From positions 1,088,001 through 1,152,000 of the forward strand of contig CAWCYI010000006.1 of the NCBI GenBank assembly GCA_963799845.1: a stretch of DNA of 64,000 nt. Reading direction: 5' to 3'. The translations under genes and the position numbers were made by a program. Every line of letters begins with the position of its first letter. Position 1 is the stretch's first letter. Source of the stretch: an uncultured Nitrososphaerota archaeon (GTDB lineage Archaea; Thermoproteota; Nitrososphaeria; Nitrososphaerales; CADDZS01). Of this stretch, positions 59,863-64,000 are shown one piece after another. Below the pieces are notes generated by a model, which did not search any database, was not told the DNA's origin, and worked only from the letters and a program-made list of their open reading frames with translations.

Positions 59863-61230
59863 TCACTTGTAGTGCCTAGCCATATCAGAATTTTCCGGCA
59901 TGGTCATTATCGCCTCGATCGCATCGCGCGCCTGCTTCTCCGATTTTGTCCGCGGATCCCGAATGAGTATCTCGACCAAGACCTCCCTGCTTCCCGTTCT
60001 GAAAGCCTCTAGCCCCCACTCCATCCTCATCATCCTGGGAATCAAGACGAAATTAACGAGCCGTTTTGGAAACGGATCTACGTGCTCCGGCTTCATCTTT
60101 CCATCCTTTGATACCATGACAGGCAGTTCAACCGCAAGATCTTGTGGAAACTGCGTCAGTAGGCCGTTGTTTGGAATGTTCAGAAAGAGCCTCTTTTCTT
60201 CTCCAGTGATCGTAGCATCGATGAAATCGGAAAATTCCGAGTGCCCCTTTTCAGGAGGAACTTCGACGGTGAGCTTGGCGTTTGGATCGTTGGTGAGCCG
60301 GAACAACTTGTCCACTCCGGCCTGGAACCTCTTGAGCCTCAGCTCAAGTCCGACCTCGGAATCGGTACCGCCCAGGTGTCCGAACCATTTCTTTGCGGTT
60401 TCGAGATTGTAATGGTACTTCCATGTGAAGCTCCGTGTAGTGTCCCCAATGGGGTACAGCCCGTACATCTTGTACATATCAGCCGAAGCAGGGCTGAGTG
60501 TTTCCTGCCACAGACCAATCTCGGTGGTCCGCCAGAACTCCGTCGCTTTGTTCGCGATCCAATCGTCAATCACCGGGTACAGGTTGGCACGGGTACTCGC
60601 ATCTCTGAACTTTGTCAGCCAGATACAGTGGTTGAAACCCGAGACTTGAAACTCAACGTCTGCCGGGCTCAGTCCTAGCGTCATCATCAATGGGTAGATT
60701 CCGATGTACTCGTCGCAGAATCCGACCGTTTTGATCTTACTTTTTTCCTTCCGCAAAAGCGACGTCACTTCGAAAATGGGATTTGCAACCTGAAGGAGCC
60801 AAGCATCCGGGCAGGTTTCTTCCATGTCCGAAGCAATGTCCAGAGCTAACTGGTACTGCTTGTAGCCGAGAATCGTGTAGTAGTCGGATACAAAGTTGAA
60901 CTCGACGCTGTCTATGCCCCGGTAGTAACCGTGTTCTTCACCAATCGCACGCATCTTCTCCGTATAATCGTGGCCGCTCGGGAAGGCGGTGTTCAATACA
61001 AAATTCGCGTCCCGAAGAGCCCTACGTCTATCCAGGGATTTCTCGAATTTTATTTCAACGCCTAACTCCTTTGCATACCTCTTCGCAAGTCCGTAGGCCG
61101 CGTCAAGGCGCTGCTCGTTTACATCGACGAGAGAAAACGTGCTCCCTGGAGCACTTTTCATTATGCAAAGGTCCCTGATCCATGCTATTGAAAATGCGGC
61201 GCTCCCGGCTCCGATAATTGCAACCTTCAT
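59863..61230 (-). CDS. Glycoside hydrolase family 4
   Basis: IGAGSAAFS, YYRGIDSVEFNFVSDYY, ANP, GFCDE, GFNH, IGDTTR; start set at ATG 61230. Confidence 0.92.
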   Translation of the reverse strand: MKVAIIGAGSAAFSIAWIRDLCIMKSAPGSTFSLVDVNEQRLDAAYGLAKRYAKELGVEIKFEKSLDRRRALRDANFVLNTAFPSGHDYTEKMRAIGEEHGYYRGIDSVEFNFVSDYYTILGYKQYQLALDIASDMEETCPDAWLLQVANPIFEVTSLLRKEKSKIKTVGFCDEYIGIYPLMMTLGLSPADVEFQVSGFNHCIWLTKFRDASTRANLYPVIDDWIANKATEFWRTTEIGLWQETLSPASADMYKMYGLYPIGDTTRSFTWKYHYNLETAKKWFGHLGGTDSEVGLELRLKRFQAGVDKLFRLTNDPNAKLTVEVPPEKGHSEFSDFIDATITGEEKRLFLNIPNNGLLTQFPQDLAVELPVMVSKDGKMKPEHVDPFPKRLVNFVLIPRMMRMEWGLEAFRTGSREVLVEILIRDPRTKSEKQARDAIEAIMTMPENSDMARHYK

Positions 61231-61279
61231 CGCTCTAACTTCCTTGCTTATCAAAAGAGACTATTCAGGTCGGTAACTT

Positions 61280-62368
61280 TTACTTCATTTTGCCTCTGGC
61301 GGCGACCTTCCAGACGTTTTCTACATTCCCTTTTCGGAGAGCAATCATCTCGTCGTGCTGATTTATAAGCGTGCAACAGTGCTGTGGAATAGCTTGAACC
61401 CGGTCTCCCACCTTGAGGGATCTGCTCGGTCCCTTCAACGAAACATGACCGTGCTCTTCGGAGAATCCGTAAATTTGAGCGCCTTCAAGCCCAACGAGCC
61501 AAGGATAAGCACAGTGGTCGAAGTGAAACGCCTTGCTCCCCGCATCCAGTATGGCTCGATCCTCTGTCGGTTTGCTCATGACAGTTGATAGTAATGTTAG
61601 GGCACAATCGTCGATCGTGGCTACGTCTGCCTCTATCAAATTTATCGCGTTGAAAAGGTACATTCCAGGTTGAACCTCGGTAACCTCTGGTCGCTTGGCA
61701 TCTGTCCATGTACTGACCGAAGATCCTACGCTCGTGACTTTGATCTCGTGGCCTCGCCGTTTGATTTCTTTCTGGGCGATTGCAATCTGATCCATCGCCT
61801 CGTTTGGGATTTTTTCTCGCTCCTCTTTTGTTTTTCCACCCTTTGCGTGTCCATCATAGCCCATGATTCCGGTAAAGACAAGATTCTTCAGGCGTGCAAC
61901 CTTATCCGCCAAGTCTCCGGCTTCGATTGGGAGAACTCCACAGCGGTGAAGACCAACGTCAACATCCACTAACACTTTGATTTCTGTTCCAATTTCCGAA
62001 CAGGCTTTGGAAATTTCAACCGCGTTGTCGTAATTGTCAACAGCAACCTTGAGATCAATTCTGTCAGCGAGGCGAGCTAGTTTTGGGTACTTGTGATTCC
62101 CGACGACTTCATTTGTTATGAAAATGTCCGTGATCCCGTGATCGGCAAACACCTCCGCCTCGCTCAGCTTCTGGAGGCAGACTCCTTTTGCGCCCCCGTC
62201 GAGCTGCAACTTTGCAATCTCCGGAATCTTGTGAGTCTTTACGTGCGGTCTGAGATCAACATGGCATTCTCTTGTAAAGTTCGCCATCCTGCGCAGATTT
62301 CGTTCCATAATATCCATGTCTACGATCAGGGATGGAGTATCAAGGTCGTCTATGGTCTGGGTCGGCAT
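61280..62368 (-). CDS. DSD1/D-threonine aldolase family PLP-dependent enzyme (fold III)
   Basis: TPSLIVD, RPHVKTHK, HRCGV, YDGH, SEEHG, HCC. Confidence 0.9.
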   Translation of the reverse strand: MPTQTIDDLDTPSLIVDMDIMERNLRRMANFTRECHVDLRPHVKTHKIPEIAKLQLDGGAKGVCLQKLSEAEVFADHGITDIFITNEVVGNHKYPKLARLADRIDLKVAVDNYDNAVEISKACSEIGTEIKVLVDVDVGLHRCGVLPIEAGDLADKVARLKNLVFTGIMGYDGHAKGGKTKEEREKIPNEAMDQIAIAQKEIKRRGHEIKVTSVGSSVSTWTDAKRPEVTEVQPGMYLFNAINLIEADVATIDDCALTLLSTVMSKPTEDRAILDAGSKAFHFDHCAYPWLVGLEGAQIYGFSEEHGHVSLKGPSRSLKVGDRVQAIPQHCCTLINQHDEMIALRKGNVENVWKVAARGKMK

Positions 62369-62472
62369 TCATCAAGACTGTTCTTGCGGATGCTAATATT
62401 CTGATTGGATTACTCAAGAGAAAAGTAGAGCGGAGATATCTTCCGGAGACTGCTTACCCACTAATGGAGAAT

Positions 62473-63480
62473 TTACTTAAAATTCGGAAGGATTTTCTTC
62501 GCGAATGTTCTGATTCTTTTCTTGTCGGGGCCTGATGGGAGCACGATCTGGTCCACACCTATCTCTTTGTACCTGTGGATGAGTTCGACGACATCCGACC
62601 AGTCGGAGCAAAAGTTCGTACTCTTCAGGATGACATCGTCCGGCAGGTCGGCGCCCATGTGTCCGATCTTTCTCGGATCGGGCTCGGAGAGGGCGTTCTT
62701 TTTCAGATTGCCTGCGTACTGCTTGTGCGTTTTCAAATAAGTGTCAGGGTCTTCCAATGTAAAACTTACTGTCAGGATTTTTTCCATTTTATCTGGATCT
62801 TTGCCGACACTTCTCGCACCCCGATCAAAACTAGGAAATAATACGTCTCGACATTTCTCCAGAGGGTTTCGGGAACCGACAGTAATCAGACCGTCGCCAT
62901 ATCTGCCAGAGATCTCAGCAAATTTTTCGCCAACTGCTGAAAAGTAGATCTTCAGATCAGTTCTCGGTTTCGTGTATAGGAAAATCTGCTTCTCCCTGAA
63001 AAATGAGCCGTCGAAATCAAAGTAAGAAGCACTTGTCCATAATTTTCGCATTAGCAGGGTCCCTTCAACTAACCTTTGGGCCCTTTCCTTCCACGGCGGC
63101 CAACCCCCCGGAAGAAACATCGCTTCATTGACCGCTTCTCCTGTTCCCACCCCCAAGAGAAATCTTCCGGGATACATGTTGTCAAGGGTAGCGGAGGCCT
63201 GCGCAATTATGGCAGGATGATACCTGGCACCTATTGGAGTGGTCACGTAAGGTCCAATCTTAATTTTTCTTGATGCTTCGAGAGAGGACGCGATGAGCGA
63301 CCAAACGTAAGCAGAGCGGTTGCCACTATCCATCCAAGGCATGAAGTGGTCGCCCAGCCAAGCGACGTCGAACCCCAATCTTTCCGCGAGAACCATAGCA
63401 TCTCGGAATTCCGTTGGATCTTTCTCGTTTTCTCCAATGTCCAGTGAAATCTTCAATCCTGTTTTGGATTTCCTCGTCAT
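62473..63480 (-). CDS. LLM-class (F420-dependent, Fgd-like) oxidoreductase, paralogue of 31531..32544
   Basis: GDHFMPW, RYHPAIIAQASATL, GTGEAVNE. Confidence 0.88.
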   Translation of the reverse strand: MTRKSKTGLKISLDIGENEKDPTEFRDAMVLAERLGFDVAWLGDHFMPWMDSGNRSAYVWSLIASSLEASRKIKIGPYVTTPIGARYHPAIIAQASATLDNMYPGRFLLGVGTGEAVNEAMFLPGGWPPWKERAQRLVEGTLLMRKLWTSASYFDFDGSFFREKQIFLYTKPRTDLKIYFSAVGEKFAEISGRYGDGLITVGSRNPLEKCRDVLFPSFDRGARSVGKDPDKMEKILTVSFTLEDPDTYLKTHKQYAGNLKKNALSEPDPRKIGHMGADLPDDVILKSTNFCSDWSDVVELIHRYKEIGVDQIVLPSGPDKKRIRTFAKKILPNFK

Positions 63481-63607
63481 AAGAGGCTGCCAATAACTCG
63501 TAGTTTAAAACCAGATAAAATTGTTCCGAGTGTGTCTTGTGTGAACTGAAAAATTGACTTTTTGATTCCAAAAACTGTTTTTAGCCGATCGATTCTCTGC
63601 GGAGTTA

Positions 63608-64000
63608 ATGGTACAAGAAAATTCAGAAAATTTGCTAGAACAGATTGAAAATTCTACGAGCGTCGGTAGAGCAAGGATCTGGGGTCTAAGCGGGGCAGGA
63701 TTTGTTTTGCGCTATCGAGGTGATGTAGTTTACATCGATCCCTGGCTAGTTCCCCCTGACGCAAAGAGAACAACTCATCGGGCGTACCCCATCCCTTTCC
63801 CGCCGGAAAAAGTTCGGAAAGCCAATGCTGTGATTTCGACCCATGAGCACGCAGATCACTGTGATGTCCCAACCATCGCAGGAATCGTAAGGTCAACGGG
63901 TGCCGTTTTTATTGGACCAAAATCTGCGACGGACAAAGCAATCAACGGGGGACTATCATCTTCGAAAGCGATCACAGTTTCTCCCGGAATGAAACTCGAG
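63608..64000 (+). CDS. Metallo-beta-lactamase fold hydrolase (UlaG-like), 3'-truncated by window
   Basis: ATG 63608: MVQENSENLLEQ...WGLSGAGF...YIDPWL...STHEHADHCD (HxHxDH); missing from the ORF track because no stop is reached. Confidence 0.85.
   Translation, partial: MVQENSENLLEQIENSTSVGRARIWGLSGAGFVLRYRGDVVYIDPWLVPPDAKRTTHRAYPIPFPPEKVRKANAVISTHEHADHCDVPTIAGIVRSTGAVFIGPKSATDKAINGGLSSSKAITVSPGMKLE

Noticed and set aside
346-63896. Numerous short antisense or overlapping ORFs in the track (e.g. 5342..5839, 7295..7825, 28211..28747, 59900..60412, 63654..63896)
   Set aside because: Shadow ORFs of well-supported genes, with no motifs

Overview
Chromosomal window from an archaeon. Evidence: TATA-like boxes, GGTGA/GGAGGTGA Shine-Dalgarno sites, F420-type LLM oxidoreductases and glycosylated C-terminally anchored family-5 binding proteins. 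The gene set suggests a heterotrophic Nitrososphaerota-like organism (inference). It has three parts. (1) 0.1-16.8 kb: sugar/polyol catabolism with Gfo/Idh/MocA dehydrogenases, four xylose-isomerase-like TIM barrels, an FGGY kinase, a class II aldolase, BKACE and LutC/LutB. (2) 16.8-31.5 kb: an accessory zone with a complete IS481-family element (15-bp TSD), an AT-rich microprotein cassette bounded by 44-bp direct repeats, tRNA-3'-end remnants and an RHH/winged-helix pair. (3) 31.5-64 kb: a polysaccharide-utilisation-like locus with two SBPs, a Dpp-type ABC transporter, GH78, GH2, three GH4 (a fourth lies at 26 kb), a DUF6259-like protein and an orphan GH-like protein. Main observations: all seven broken reading frames break at or next to an AGCT site, probably a methylation-linked sequencing error that reveals the methylome; the four GH4 paralogues carry non-canonical Cys specificity motifs; three genes appear to need ACG, CTG or ATT starts. 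No rRNA, intact tRNA or CRISPR array was seen.
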